Counted from the stretch's first letter, positions 1 to 15,802 are shown. The stretch is 64,000 bases of DNA from Eledone cirrhosa (GCA_964016885.1 OZ024743.1:193936001-194000000); one strand, 5' to 3'. Made by a program: numbers and translations. The notes: a model not told the origin generated them from the letters alone.

Positions 1-55
1 AGTTTCCCCTTCCCCCAAATTACTGGCCTTGTGCCTATACTAGAAATCATCATTA

Positions 56-205
56 GGCAGCATCGGGCAACATGATTTATGGCCCTTTTGTTCTGAGTTC
101 AAATCCCACCGAGGTTAGCTTTGCCTGTCATCCTTAGGGGGTCGATAAAATAAAGTACCATTAATGCAGTGGGGTCAATTTAATCGACTTTTTCGTCCCC
201 TAAAA
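56..205 (+). mobile_element. tRNA-derived SINE copy (dominant family; Meta-domain-like core)
   Basis: B-box-like GAGTTCAAATCCC followed by the core gcctgtcatccttagggggtcgataaaataaagtacca, which recurs >25 times in the window. The 3' tail of another copy lies at 1-55. Confidence 0.8.
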
Positions 206-589
206 TTTATAGATTTTCTCTCTTTATATATAGCTATATGTAAGCTCGAACGCTTGGATCTTTCTTTCTATCTTTATATCAAAAATACTAATGCAAATTA
301 CTATTTTATGGAACTACATGTTATATATTTCCCTAATTAGTATAACTGTTTTTAAATATCAAGTTAACAATTTTTTTATATTCATGCAATTGTCGAGAAT
401 TTATGTTTTTTTTTTTTTTGTAAATATAAATTTGAGAACTCTCGTAAGAAGCACAGATGGTATAGTACATTAGCTACTTCAGTAGACTAGCCAACTTGAC
501 AGATAACTTCCTTACGAAATAGCAAACTATTTAAACATATTTGTTTAAGGTTTAACAACATTCTTGTCATTTTCGTCGTCACATATATA

Positions 590-935
590 AAGGTTGGGTA
601 ATGACCGAAAGAATATAATCGCGAGTGCAAGCGGTCGAAATGGGTACCCCCGGGGGATATTTGGGGTAACGTTACTCGATAGAGTGCGTAACTCAGAGAT
701 CAGTGAGACACTCCAGGTAGACCTCTACTTTTCCGAATTGAGAGATCACAGCTCCGATCTTGAGAGATCACAGTTTGCCTGATCTTGCTTGGGGATCCAG
801 CCGGATCAAATGGAGACGGTTGCTTGTAACAGGACCCACAGGAAGGATTGTTTGAGGACTTTTCCCTCATGACCCTCCCAGGAATAAGTGGGCGAAGAAG
901 AAGAAGAAGAAGAAGAAAAAAGAAGAAGAAAAAAA
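590..935 (+). mobile_element. RTE-clade LINE 3' fragment with (GAA)n tail
   Basis: Encodes GIFGVTLLDRVRNSEI...RIERSQLR, typical of the RTE RT C-terminus. The 3' end with (GAA)n tail is shared with copies at 15.8, 37.3 and 42.7 kb. Confidence 0.7.
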
Positions 936-1084
936 ATTGTTTCTGTTTTGGGCACAAGGCCAGCAATTATCCCAGTACGTTACTGGTACTTTATTTTATC
1001 GACCCCGTAAGGATGCTTAACCAATCTAGTCATCCTAACACAGTAATAGACTTAGCTCATCTCCCCCAGCTAAAATTAATGATA

Positions 1085-1235
1085 TTAATATCTTTATATT
1101 ATCATATTATTTTATATTAATATTATAATCTCACATTATTTTATATTAATATTTTTATAATCTCATATTATTTTCTGTCAATATCTTTATAATCTCATAT
1201 TTTTTTAATATTGATATCTATATTATCTTACATTA
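1085..1235. repeat. ~30-bp AT-rich minisatellite
   Basis: About 5 degenerate units of taatatctttataatctcatattattttat. Confidence 0.6.
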
Positions 1236-1671
1236 TTTAATACGACAAGCTCATCCCCGATTCACACAGCCCCACAAAACGGGGTATAGTTCTGTAGTGA
1301 AGTATGTTACTTTGGATATGTTTATATGCTGTGAGGAGAAGATAATTTTCTCCCTTTTTTTCTCTTCTATGGTAGAGATAATTACTATTCAATGTAAACC
1401 ACATGACAAAGCTGCAAATACAGTAAATTACTTTTTATTGTGCGTATATCTGCGAACTCGTTTCGGTATGTATACTTTATATCAATGCAGCTTCCAGAAA
1501 ATTATATCTGTGATATTAGTGTACTTAATCTATAGTTACAGCTATACATGACGAAATAAAAAAAAAACAAAAAAACAATGAGCCACGGACCTAAAGATAT
1601 ATTTAGTTTGGTAAGCGAGGATTAAAAAAAAAAGTGCACACATATAGAACTGTTGAACTGAAGCAAGCATT

Positions 1672-1865
1672 TAATAATTGTTTCTAATTTTGGCACAAGG
1701 CCAGCAATTATCCCAGTGTATTATTGGTATTTTATTTTATTGACCCCGTAAGGATGAAAGGCAAAGTTAACCTCGGCGGGATTTGAACTCAGACCGTAAA
1801 GGGACATAACTATGCTGGAAAGCATGGCGTCCGACCCTCTACCGATATGCCAATTCACCGCCCTT
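1672..1865 (-). mobile_element. tRNA-derived SINE, full-length short subfamily
   Basis: Reverse complement reads GGCGGTGAATTGGCA (A box)...GAGTTCAAATCCCGCCGAGG (B box)...core...ggccttgtgccaaaa-(ATT)n. Confidence 0.85.
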
Positions 1866-2328
1866 AATAATAACACTGAACGTAATTCCGTAGCGACAGA
1901 AAGAATTGTGGACTTCTCAAACCGCCAGACTGTACATCGAACCTGTTGGATATAATTGTGTAGCCACGTTTAGCAAAACAAACGAGCACATTTGAAACAC
2001 GTGATTGTGATATGATTGGCTGACGTTAAATAATCACAGCATTTGTTAGATAACACTTAATATGAGTTCAATACACGAGATATTGTATATTTGTACAGAA
2101 AACACTTTCGTTTAGCATATTTATAAAAAAAACACTCAAATATTCATTCCTTGTATAATGATTATATTGGAGGAATTTAGGACACGTGACTTGTCATCGT
2201 GTTCTCTTCATTGACAATATTGGAACAAGACGAACACGGAGATCGAACTTAAATAATATTTTATCTTCCTGTAGAAAATTGTATCACAGGTCAGTAATGA
2301 ATTTCTTGGCATCATACTCAGTCACTCT

Positions 2329-2504
2329 GCTTCTTCTTCTTCTTCTTCTTCTTCTTCTTCTTCTTCTTCTTCTTCTTCTTCTTCTTCTTCTTCTTCTTCT
2401 TCTTCCATTCCACCCACACATTACCATCGTTATAGTCGTCATCATCATCACCATCATCATCATCATCACCATCAACATCATCATCACCATCATCACCATT
2501 GCCG

Positions 2505-2561
<57 letters not shown>

Positions 2562-2672
2562 CCATCAGCATCATCATCATCATCATCATCATCACCACCA
2601 TTGTCGTTATCATCATCATCGTCATTATCATCACCATCATCACCATCAACATCATCATCATCACCATTGCCG

Positions 2673-2717
<45 letters not shown>

Positions 2718-2777
2718 CCATCACCATCATCACCATCACCACCATTGTCATCATCATCATCATCATCATCATCATCA
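2329..2777. repeat. (CTT)n then (CAT/CAC)n compound microsatellite
   Basis: Seen directly. It explains the poly-L/I/M/S ORFs. Confidence 0.95.
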
Positions 2778-3039
2778 ATTATGATGTCTCTTTATGTCTT
2801 ACTATCTCTTTAAAATTTGTATCCTGATAATTAAAAGTTTTAATTGCTACATGTAAAATCATTTTAGTTTATGACATGATACAGCAACTAAACTGGCTTC
2901 AGTTTCTTTATCAGTCATACCTAACATCATCAGAGCAGAATATCGATTGTCTGTAGCAGTCAGAAATTCAAGATAGAGAATTTTAAAACAATGTCCAATA
3001 TGGTGTATTGTAATAGTACGTTAAATAATTAGGAGTAAT

Positions 3040-3345
3040 GTAGCAGTGAGACTTCTGTTGTCCTTAGCCCTGGGGCCACCTCCATACTCACCACCATCGG
3101 CATAGAGATAGCTACCTGCAGCTTTGAGCTTCGCAAGCTGGAATGGCTCCTCTTCCAGTGCGTCTCCCTCAACACCTTCCGGGGAAACACCTTCTGTATT
3201 CTGTCCGCCAGGGACGCGGGGAGGCCGGCACGTGGGCTCCCATTTGCTTATAATAGTGAGAGATGGGGAGAGCGAGAGAGACGGAGGTAGAGACAGTGGG
3301 AGTTTGGTTCCTTTGTGTTCGGACCTGGTGTATAAGTTTCACAGA
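3040..3345 (+). repeat. Dispersed repeat, possibly a solo-LTR fragment
   Basis: ccatttgcttataatagtgagagatggggagagcgagagagacggagg recurs inverted at ~9170-9330 and partially at ~38243-38295. It contains a TATA-like motif; no TSD was found. Confidence 0.5.
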
Positions 3346-4428
3346 CACACATTGTCACTAATGAAGTTATTAATCTCAACAAGACACCTGCTAAGTTTAA
3401 AAATTGGGAGTATCCTCCTTGGTTTGTGATGCAGTAACGAAATCCAGCTAAGCATTCTTGTTTGAAAAAAAAAAGAGAAAGGATCATTAAATCATGATTG
3501 GATCGTATGGGCGCTGTCGTGTGTCATGGTTATGTAAAACCTGGTGTAACCCCCCCCCCCATTCTTCCCTAGCCTTGAACATAACCAGTTTCTTCCAGAG
3601 AAGACAAAAAGAAAGAGATATAGATAGATAGAGGAAGAATTGATTCCTCACCCTACTATCAAACTTGTGAATTATTTATCGACATCAAAAGGTTGAAAGG
3701 CAAGTTGACCTTGACCAGGATTTTTACTCAGAACTCCGTGAACCAGAACAACTTTCCGAGGCCTTAATGATATTGCCAACTGGTCGAATCATTCTTGTTC
3801 GTTATACTTTATAATTAGATCTTTGCTATCCATCGCAATCCGTTTTTGAAATGTTTCTTTATCTTTGGCACAATTCCCAGTTTTCTTATAAGTTACCGTT
3901 TTTTAGTGCACTCTAATGAAATGTTTGTTGCTAAATAGTTGTTTTTCATTATGGACTAATAAGACAAACCTAATAGTTAATGTCAAATACATCCTCCTCT
4001 TCTTTGAAGAGGTTTCAAATTACACAAGACCAAACTATAAGGCAAATAAATAAAACCAGAAAACATCCATATAAAATACACTACCCCTTTCAGAGTAGAC
4101 TAGTATATTACTGAATCAGTCTTTCACGTGGTCCAAGCGATCAAGAGAAACTGAACCACTACACATGAAACAATCTGAATAAAATATGATGTATTCTATA
4201 GAAACTACACGTTCAGATTTCCCTAGAAGTAAGAATTTACGAGAAGGGCGTGGGAGTAAGTGTAAATGAGTATATATGTGTCGTAAGATATTAATGTTAC
4301 ATCTTTTAAAATAAGAAGTTAAACATTTTAGTAAATGGTACTTGACAACCTTAGTTTTATGATACATTTATAAAAATATAAGCAATGCATACACACACAC
4401 ACACAGTTAGTTACACACACACGCACAG

Positions 4429-4475
<47 letters not shown>

Positions 4476-4537
4476 ATGTTCAGATAAACTTGGTTGTCCA
4501 CTAGGGAGGCAGAACTTAATATTAATAATAGAGCATG

Positions 4538-4573
<36 letters not shown>

Positions 4574-4712
4574 TCTATATGTATACACACACACACACAC
4601 ACACATCTATATGTATACACACATACACACATATATATAATGTTCAAATTTAGTAATCTTGGAGCAACAAGGGAGGCAGATTTATTGATAATAGAGTGCA
4701 TGTGTGTGTGTA

Positions 4713-4761
<49 letters not shown>

Positions 4762-5794
4762 GCGAGTGTAATAAAGTTTTATTTGTTCTCTGAGTAAAAT
4801 TCTTCAAAGGAACATGTAACCCCACTAAACTGTATTGGAGTTATGTCAATTAGTGCAGAGGAATCTCCAAAATACTAAATCACAAACTGTTGGGGCGGCG
4901 GCGGCCTGACCACACCCATCCATTTCGATAAGGAACAGGTTCTGTTCTTCATTTCTTTAATATTTCTCTCATGGGAGTATAATCAGTTCAGGAAAAAATA
5001 AAAATAAAAATATTTTTTGTTCGTTGCTTCATTTCTTTTGCTTTAATTTTTTATCTGTGAAGCATTACATAAGAATAAGAGAGAGATAGAGAATGGTAGA
5101 GAGAGAGAGGGGGGAGCAAGAGACAAAGAAAGAGATCGAGTGAGAGAGCGAAAGAAAGCGAGAGAGAGTGTGTGTGAGAGAGAGAAAGCGTGTGTGTGCG
5201 TGAGGAGATTTGAGAGTGTGTGTGTCTGTGTGTATATTAATGTGTGAATGAGTGGGTGAGAGAGGAAGAGAGGAATGAAGAGAAAGGAAGGGAGAGAAGG
5301 AAAGTGTGGAGGGAAAGAGAGAGAGAGAGAGAGAGATTGGGAGAAAATGAGAAAGAGAGGTGCTACTTTTCTGAGCTGCTGATCCTACTATTTAAATAAT
5401 ATATTCACCATTAAAATATTGAATAAACCAACGATGGTGCTAAGTCGGTTTTGACGAGGAGTGTTCCGTATGTTCAATTAATGGAACCATTTGTTCACGA
5501 AGTTAACGGGCAAATGGCTAAGTATTCTCTTTATATAATTCTGAGGGTGATTTAGCGTGACACAGTGTGTGTGTCAAGTGTGGCCCTTTAAATTAAAGTG
5601 AGTGTCTATACGATCGGTTTCCAAGCAGTTTTCGTATATTCAATCTCACTCACAAGACCTGGTCCGACCCGCAGCTATGATTATGCCACTTTCCCAAGAC
5701 GACTCGTAGTGGGAACCGAGCCTCTCAAAAATTCTGCCACTCCTGAATAAATCAATTTCTTATATGTATCCCAAATGTTATTTTAGAAGCAACA

Positions 5795-6005
5795 CGGATC
5801 AGCGAGGCACCCTCAGCCTATTGGGTCGACATGCAAGAAATAGCAGCCTAGTTTCCCTCAGCTCAAAGTCTAACCTTTTAAATATGACAAAGAAACTTTA
5901 GCTAATGTAGTCCCATATAATCATAAAAAGACGAGATGATCACAGCTGGAATGTTTTTGATCACAGCTCAGTTCGATCAAGTATTATCTAGAGTGAAACA
6001 ACAAC
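5795..6005 (+). mobile_element. Second short interspersed repeat family (tgctagaaatagcagcc motif, (AAC)n tail)
   Basis: Homologous inverted copies at ~37600-37790 and ~41465-41685, with fragments at ~23840 and ~46780. Confidence 0.6.
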
Positions 6006-6057
6006 ATCAATAAGAAAGAATTTCCCTCGATTTATTATTATTAACCAGGTTGTTAAG

Positions 6058-6495
6058 GTCAGTGGATTGGCGGTACCGATAGAGAGTCAGACAAAATGAT
6101 TTGTGGTATACAGTTCTTTACGTTCTGGTCAACTTTGCTTTTCATCGTTCCGAAGTCGATAAAATAATGTACCAGTCAAGTACTAGAGGTCGATAGAATC
6201 AACTTTACCCTCCTCGCAAATTGCTGACCTTTTGCCAATGTTCTAAAGAATTACTAATACAGGTAATGGATTGGAAGAATCGGTAGAGCACTGAAGAAAA
6301 AGAAAATGCCAAGAAATATTGTTATTTAGTTTTGGTTCTTTACTCTCTGAATTCAAATCCCGCCAAGATCAACTTTGCCATCATCCTGATGTCGATAAAA
6401 TAAAGTACCAGTTAAGTACTGAGGTCCATACAATAGACTTTTCCTTTTTCCCTAAAATTGCCGGTCTTGAGCCTAAATAAGAAGCCCCTATTATT
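6058..6495 (+). mobile_element. Two tandem diverged SINE copies
   Basis: Two tRNA-like heads (gtggattggcgg, atggattggaag), each followed by the gtcgataaaata...gtaccag core. Confidence 0.75.
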
Positions 6496-6839
6496 AATCG
6501 TTATCATTAGTTAGCCCCCACCTCATTTACAGTTATGAATTACAATGTGTCGGAATGAAATATGAAGTTGTTACCAATGTGTATCTTAGTATATTTTTGT
6601 ATTTATAAAATATACACGATTCAGGCAATCTTTTCAAAGTGATTCGAGTTTTCGTATTTTTATATCCCTATCTTATGGCAGAAAAAAAATAGAAAAAAAC
6701 ATTGGAGAGCAAAGTTAGATATACGAATCGAATATGTTGCATTGGAGTTCGGTTGAACGGTAAATCATTGTTGTCTCGCGTGATATTTTCTAATAACAGG
6801 AAGGTAGAATGAAAAAATAAAACAGAAATGTCATACTAA

Positions 6840-7273
<434 letters not shown>

Positions 7274-8712
7274 CAAGTTAAACACGCAAACATACTCATC
7301 AACACATACAAAAGAAAAAAAAAACGTACAGCATACTATTGTCGAATACTAGAAGGAAGTGTGGTAATTATATTATGATATTCTCACTTCTACACTTATT
7401 TTTATCTAGAAGAAAACTGACTGTATTGAAACCAAATATATATTTCAATATGAAGGATTTTCTTTGCTCCTCAATGTAAATCAGATATCGTCGATATGTC
7501 AGTTACTATTGAATCAAATCACGTATGAGCCTGTATATAATTTTCTTATTATTTGTCATATTGTGATTTTGAATATATTCTGTTTTGATTTACTTAATCC
7601 AGTTGGATTTATGAACACTTGCTACATGTTGAGATAAACAATTTAGTCAATTCAGTTTTTCTACTATCAGAAATTCTCATATAAAGTTTGTTCATACTGG
7701 TGCAATTTATATTCTGTTAATTCGATGGGCATATCTTAATGTACATCTAATTTACTAGTATGTTATGTATACATTATCAAACAAACGCCAATCAGCGATG
7801 AGAACTATTAACTGACAACGAAACATTGTCTATTTTTATACTATTCAGCAATGTGATACCATATCATCTCATGTGTTTTCATTTTAATCTACTTATTTTC
7901 TTGTTATCATTCCATTGCTTTTTCGGGAAACATCCGTTACGATAATAATGGCAGAAATACTACTTCATTAAAACATATCTGTCTCTGTTAAAATTCTATA
8001 TGCATAGAAGCAGAATAATAAAGCACATTCATGGAACACAAATGCAAATGTTATCAACTGCAAGGATGATACTGGTTTTCAGGCAAAAGCTAATACATTT
8101 TTGCATCTATTTACGTCCACTATCAAATATGTATTCAATTATTAATAACATGGCACACATTTCCATAAATCAGCATTTCTCTTGAAATGTCTCTGTAGTT
8201 CATTATCAACTTACTTATTAGTTTGAGAAGTAGAGATGAAGGTCATATTTATACTAGTAAGATTCCCTGTTGAGACTAAATATATAAGACTTGAATATTA
8301 TAGAAAGCTATTTCAACCATTAAAAGTAATTCTCGTATTTACAGATAGCATTAAAACATGTGTTCAATCAATAAATGTATTGATGAATATATTCTGAAAG
8401 TTACATATTAATAGAGCATATTGTTTTCTTACATTAGTACAAGGTCTTAAATTTCCATGAACAAGGAAATTATATTGTGTCGTTCATGTTTTTCATCAGA
8501 GTAAAAATAATGTAAATGTAAATGAAGTGAATTGATGCGCAGTCACAGCTCTCCGAACAAATACTTCTGTGTGGGCTTTAAATCTATAGAAAGCAGACAA
8601 TTGGCAGAGACGTTAGAACCTCGGATAGAATGTTTTATGGCATTCCTTCTGACTCTTTGCATCTCGGGTTCAAATCCTGCCGAGGTCAACTTGGCTTTCA
8701 TCATTTCCTCTC

Positions 8713-8905
8713 CAGAACTGTCGACTCTCCTCGTCCGACGAGGATATCTCTCATCAACTTTGGGGTGGATGAGAGATGTCTACTCTTGTAAAAATGGGTA
8801 TAGCTTTCATTATGTAAATTCTCCCCATTTTGCCTCATTTCTCGCCGTTTTGGGGCACTTTTTTTCATGGTACTCCCCGTTGAGTTTTTTAGTTTGGCAG
8901 GTCTG
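8713..8905 (-). mobile_element. ~195-bp MITE, copy 1 (adjoins a SINE head at ~8595-8710)
   Basis: Reverse complement of the 55314-55508 copy. Ends are CAGA(A/C)CTG...CAGGTCTG. Confidence 0.7.
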
Positions 8906-10121
8906 GCTATTTCTCTGGAAGCAATTGGCTTATGGCACACTACTGACTCCATTAGGAGTTATGGGTCCATACACACAAACAAATATATAAAAAATATAAC
9001 AGATTGCGGCTCAAAATATCATGTGTCACATATTCGTTCGTTAAACATTCCTCATAATGAGACTAATTAAAAATGTATTCTTGAAACTTATGTATTTATG
9101 TGTGTGTCGTGTGTCATATGTGTGTGTCTTATGAAAGCGGTGTGTGTCTGAAACAAAGAATTCCTAACAAGGGCTGAACATAATCAAATTCCCATTGTCA
9201 CTGCCTCCGTCTCTCTCGCTCTCCCCATCATTCACTATTATAAGCAAATAGGGCCCACACACTGGTCACCCCACAGCTCATGGACAGAACAGAGAAGGCG
9301 TTTCCCCGGAGGATGGTCAGGGAGAGTGTTAAGTGTAAAATATTAGTCGAAATTAAAGATGCTAACGTAAGTTGTAACACAGTGTATAATTTCAGATTTG
9401 CAACGAAAATATTAAAACATGTGTAGCTATTTACCAGAAAATTCTACATAAAACTTACTATGTGTTAGCAATGAATTTAATAAAGAAAATAACATTTCGA
9501 ATTAAATCTAACATAATGGAAACTACCATATATTTGTATCAGTTTCATAGTATCTGATTATGTACAAATAGATAGATACGTTAGGCACCTTTTTGCATAT
9601 ATATATATATTTTAAAATAAATACACCCGAGTATATGATTATGTATATCTAAAATCGTATCATATATGTTTATATAGCTTCTTTGTAACTCACTCCTCTT
9701 CTTTCTTTATACACAAATGTCATTATATGTAGTACATACATACAATTATTAATCCATTTCCTTCTCTATCGCCGTGTCTTTGTGTGTGTGTTTTTATATA
9801 TCTATACATAGGCAGAAGAGGGATGGAACTAGAAGCAGGAAAGCCAAAGAAGAGAGGCAGGGGGGAGATTACAATAAGAAATTCTATTAATGTTTGAATT
9901 AATGCTGTGATATACTTGTTTCGTATTGCCGAAGGATAAACAAGAAAATCAATATTTAAGACATTAAATTTTAGTCATAACAGTAAACATCACGCTAGCT
10001 GTTAACAATATGGTGCATTAGATAGTTTTACTGTTTCGACTGATAAGATAAGGTGTTGAGCACAACAAAATAGTCGTTATGGATATAGTGTCGACTCTAC
10101 ACTTAGTCACTCCCCCCCCCC

Positions 10122-10177
<56 letters not shown>

Positions 10178-10342
10178 TACATTAACAGAGAAAGCTTTAA
10201 GCAATACTCCGACCGATTTCCGTCTCACTCAACAAACATTAGGATATACCTTAGTATAATCCCAATTATACGTTTGGGGTGCTAACTATACCTATTTGGA
10301 GGATAGCCAGTTGTATTATTTTATATGAGACATAATTAAATA

Positions 10343-10442
<100 letters not shown>

Positions 10443-10657
10443 GGTTCAGTAGATTCGTGGTTTACGGAGGAAGGTACCAAATCAGCATTCTATACTCTGG
10501 TGGAGTATATATATTGAGAACAAAATGAAGTTTCACATTAAGGGACGTTAACGCGAAAGTTTTGTTCTTAATATATATACCTACACGTTTATAAATACAT
10601 ATATACATGCACTCCCCCCCCCCCCCCCACACATACATACATACACACACACGCGCA

Positions 10658-10755
<98 letters not shown>

Positions 10756-10898
10756 CAATGTTCTGGATTCTGTCTCGTTGCACCACATATTTAGTAGGTG
10801 TTTCTGTTATAGCTCTGGGTTGACTCATATTTTATGAGTGGAATTTGATCGTCAGAAACTGCAGGAGCCCGCCGTATCTCTCTCTCTCTATATATATA

Positions 10899-10984
<86 letters not shown>

Positions 10985-10985
<1 letters not shown>

Positions 10986-12165
10986 GTGGTGGAACACTGG
11001 AAGGTAATATTCGTAGTGGTAGAACACTCAGTCCAAGGGACGAGTTAGGTAGAAGTGGTTACACAACAGTTAGTTCACCATACCGAGAACAATTGTTTCA
11101 CCTTCGCGTATCTTCAGCTCTGGTTATAGGAACAGGAAGGACAACCGTACGAACTCGCATGCGCAGAAACTCGGTCACTTCACACAGGCAATACTAGATT
11201 GCGCGGGGGAGGTGTAAGGGAGACAACTGCGAAAGCCCGGAAAGTTTTTATGTTGAAAATAAAATAAAAAAAAATTAAAAATAAAATTACAAAGAATCAG
11301 TCCGGAGCCTTGTAGTTATGCAATATATGTTTGGTGACGTGTGGACAACGTGTGAAAAATTCACTTCTCGTGTTTAGGCAATCACTATTGCGTAATCTCA
11401 GGATAGTTATTCGTTCGTCAATACATAAGCCACACGTCGGATTTCCCCTTGCGTATGGCTTGGACTTAGTGATGGCTTTCTATTGAATGGAGTAGCCTAT
11501 ACTTGAGTCCTTGAGGGACCATACATGGCTCGCGAGTTTCGTGGATGAACGTCTGTCCGGGTATCTGAAGGTAGACTGGTGGTTCAGGAAACGCTTCTTG
11601 AATCGGCCCTCCGCCATGCCCACATAGGATTTGACCTCCTGTGGTTCGTTTGGTCGGTTGGAAGTGACCACAGCTTCATAGATTACAGCTGGTGTGTTGC
11701 ATTGCTGTTGAAGGGGGCAAGCTTCAGGCTTACGGCAAGAGCACCCTGGTGGGGTGCTGCTCCTAGGGCTGGTAGTGGTGTAGCCTTCATGTTCTTAGCG
11801 CAGGAGTATCCTAGTTTAACTTTGTGTCGGTTAAAGATGGAGCGGTATTTATGACCTATGGGGAAGTGTCTATCTAAGAGGGCTAGAAATGTTTTTCCTA
11901 CATTGGTTTTAACGTTGAGTGAGAGGGGAGGAGAGAACCAGATAGTTTGTCTATTGATGCGCTTATTTTTCTTAATGGTGTTGTTGCTAGTGGGAGAGTA
12001 GGTGATAGGGTGTGAGAAGCCGCTGTTAGCCAACGCCGTGTTATAGTAGGGTGCCGCCCTGTCAAAGATAGCCTTATTAGAGGAGAGGTTTGAGATTCTA
12101 GTACTGATATTCTTAACGAAGTTTCTACAAACAGTGGGAGGGTGGCATGAGTCCTTGTATATATA
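10985..12165 (-). mobile_element. 5'-truncated Penelope-like element (RT thumb, GIY-YIG, pseudo-LTR)
   Basis: ORFs 11683-12201 (HPPTVCRN..ISTRISNLSS..IFDRAAPYYN.AL..SGF..IWFSPP..FL.LLDRHFP..HKYRSIFNR) and 11480-11671 (YVGMAEGRFKKRFLNHQSTF..TKLASHVWSLK) align by eye with the C-terminal half of the 48 kb element. Frameshifted and flanked by (TA)n. Confidence 0.9.
11083..11123 (-). ncRNA. Type I hammerhead ribozyme motif in PLE pseudo-LTR
   Basis: Sense: CCAGAG-CUGAAGA-UACGCGAAGGU-GAAA-CAAUUG-UU-CUCGG. Helix I GAG/CUC, palindromic helix III, predicted cleavage after GUU. Confidence 0.8.
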
Positions 12166-13869
12166 TATAGTCCTGATATATATATATAGTGAAGGATACA
12201 ATGTCTAATGTTTGTGTGTGTGTGTGCGTGTTTGTATGTGCATATATATGAGTGTGTGTGTGTGTGTGTGTGTATGTCCGTTTATATTTACGTTTGAATC
12301 TGTGTTTATGTCTTGTAACCTAGCGGTTCGACAAAAAGGGATTGCTAAAAAGTGTACCAAACTTGAAAAAGATAGGCAGTGGGGCGACATGATCGACTGA
12401 TAACAAAAGAATATATATACATATATATATATGGAAGAATAGCCAAGATAATAACTACAAACTTATACATCACTTCTATTCTGTTTCATGCTATTCTATT
12501 CTATTCTATTCTAATATGGTATACACCTATATACATGTGACATGCAAAATGTAAGGATATAGATAATAGCTATTAACTTCTTCATAAAATAAACAAAAAA
12601 AAATTCCTCAATTTCGCAACCCTTTATCACAGCATCAACATTCTGAAAGCCTCTACTACAAAAAAAAAAAGCAAGAAAAAAAAGCCAAAAAGAAAAAGCC
12701 AAAACAAAACAAAAACAGATTAACAAACGAATATTTTATTCGTAAGGGACTAGCATTTTCTATGATAAATGAGACCTGGAATTACATTAATGAAAATCAA
12801 TACATTAACCTTCTCTAAACCACATCGGAGTTATTTTCGCAACTGTTGATTATCTACCTTACCCGATGATATAATACAACTGGAATGGCACGGACAATAC
12901 ATACCAAATTCATGAAAACTCTTTCATAGTAATTTGAAAGCTTATATTTCCGAAAATTGTCATCATTCCTCTAGACGTGACATTTTCTATAGAAGAAATA
13001 ATCGGACTAAAATCTGGAATGGATTCTTCATGTTGATATCACTGATTAGTTTGCGGATAGCAACTTCTTTAACAAAACAGGCCATGATTTTCCTTAAAAT
13101 TACATTGAACTTCAAACATTTTGAAAAACCGTCATTAGATAGTAATAGAAAAACTACATCCTTTTATTTCTGAAATCACATTAGATAAGATGTCTATGAA
13201 AAGGCATCGTTTTCAAATAATTTCTTATTTAATATAACGCACTTGGAATATTGATACAATATTTCAGACCACTTTAATCACCAGTTCTGTGAGAACATTA
13301 ATGACACTGCAAATTTAGAGCATGTATTCCCAGACACGAAGCAGTGACATGCTGTCAACTTGCACAAAATTCACTATAGGGAAAAGGCAATGAAACCATA
13401 TAATACCATAAAATAAAAAATAAAAAAATACCTTAGCATTTAGAAACAACATTATCGTATTATCGTATTCAGAAGTTTTCTGAATAACATGCCTGCAACA
13501 TCGCTGCACCGTATCAGAGATACTCGAAAATTATTCACACTACTTCAAAAACTTCTAAACTCCAGACACCATCCCAATGTCAAAGTGCCTGTCTCGGATC
13601 ATTTAGTAGATATCCCACTCGTAGGTAAACTATTTAGGGATACAAACGAACTGAGTGACATTTTAGTAAAAAAAAACAAAAAAAAAAAAAAAAAAACAAT
13701 AAAACAACAGTATACTGTATGCATTTTTATTTTTTTTAATTGGGAATTAGTTCCTCAAAGTTTGAATCTGTCTCGTTGAGATGGTAATAAGCTATTCTGA
13801 TTTTGAGGAAAAAGCATGTAAAAACAATATATATTTGGTCATTATTTGACGGATAATTCCATTACTAAT

Positions 13870-14270
<401 letters not shown>

Positions 14271-15802
14271 GGGGTGACTCAGAAAGAGATAAAATGGATT
14301 TTATCGATCTCGAAAGAATGAAAGGCAAAGTTGACCTCGACGGGATTTGAACTCAGAGAGCGCAGAGTCGGATCGAATGTCGCAAATCATTCTATTCGAT
14401 GTTATAACGACTATGCCAATTCTCTGCTTCCATTACCAGCTAATAGAATAGTATCATTCAGTAAGAAATCCATGTCAACCAAAATGTGCTTCCATAAAGT
14501 ATATCATTGACCATAAAACCAGCAATTGCCAAGCATGAATGGAATACTTACTAAAATATATAGAAAGCAATAAGCCACAAGATGATGCAAATATATAAAC
14601 CTTTTGTCAAGTATGTGAAAATATAATGAAATCCTTCTTAACTTCCGGAATGCACTGATAACTGCCTTATAAAAGAACTCACTGCTAAAAGACTTACTGG
14701 AATGTTTTGCTGCAATCGAAAACAGTAAAATCGTAATAGCTTTCTTGCTCCCATTGCAGTGACGTCACAATAAATACTACACATTCAGCATCTCATTATA
14801 GAATATATATGAAAGGAAATATTTAGGGGACATATTTATAGTGTATATTTATTCTTCAAAGCTTGCGTGTATACAATACATAAATGAACATTGTGTGTAT
14901 AGATAGATATATTTACAGGCTACATTCTCAACTTGTTTGAAAAATAGTTTATGATGTCTATAGCAAGCACACATATGTAGATATTTTCATAAACATATAT
15001 TCTGTTACTTAAAAAAGATTATTTTGAAAATTGTAGGTGAAAATCATCAGAGGCTAACTATTAATTCATACCTTCCCTGTCGAACGACAATAATGTCAGA
15101 CAATTCATTATTTTAAAGTAATTTTATTTTCCTCTTTAATCGAATAAAAACTTATATAAAACTATAACGATGACTAACACGCAACCGGGGCTTCTGTTTA
15201 TACATAAGTGTTGCATGTAGTGCGTAGTTTTGATGATTCTATCTAATCTAATTTTATCATATCTTCAGAATTCTTTAGAACTATAAAGCTTTCAAAGGTG
15301 TATGTAATTCATTCATCGATTTTGAACTGTTTCAAAGTCGCATGCAATAAACATGAATGATAAATGATTATACAATATATTTTTAACTCTTGAAAACTGA
15401 ATTGAATAGAACATTAACAAATGGCTTTTGTCTTAAATGTTACTACATTTTACGGTCTATTTGAGAAGTGGTATGCCGGAATATATATGTAGAACATACA
15501 CCAGTCGGCGAAAATGATTTTACTTGCAGGATTTTACGTTTAGTTGTTCGATCAACTGAACGTCTGGCTCGTTAAACGGACATTTAAGTGGTTGAATATT
15601 CTATAGACACGTGCATTCTTAACGTAATTCCCTAGCTAAATAGTTCTGACAAAATTTATGAGAATGCTGAAACTTTAAATGACAGGCTTCTAGTTAATTT
15701 CACTTACAAGGCTTGGTTCGACTCGAAGCTAATGTTAAAGCCACTTGCTTAAGATGCTGCAGAGTAAGATCGAACCACTGACTTCTGAACCCCTTGTAGA
15801 AT

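Noticed and set aside
1995-2030. CACGTG, ATTGG and TGACGT cluster as a promoter (also TGACGTCA at 14760)
   Set aside because: Short motifs are expected by chance, and no associated exon was found.
2186-2827. Long ORFs rich in L/I/M/S, and similar YI, CV, HT and ER ORFs across the window
   Set aside because: They are translations of microsatellites with no domain signal.
2882-2939. Minus-strand CUGAUGA...GAAACUG-aagc-CAGUU hammerhead-like match
   Set aside because: Helix I does not pair cleanly, helix II is weak, and there is no repeat or PLE context. It may be chance.
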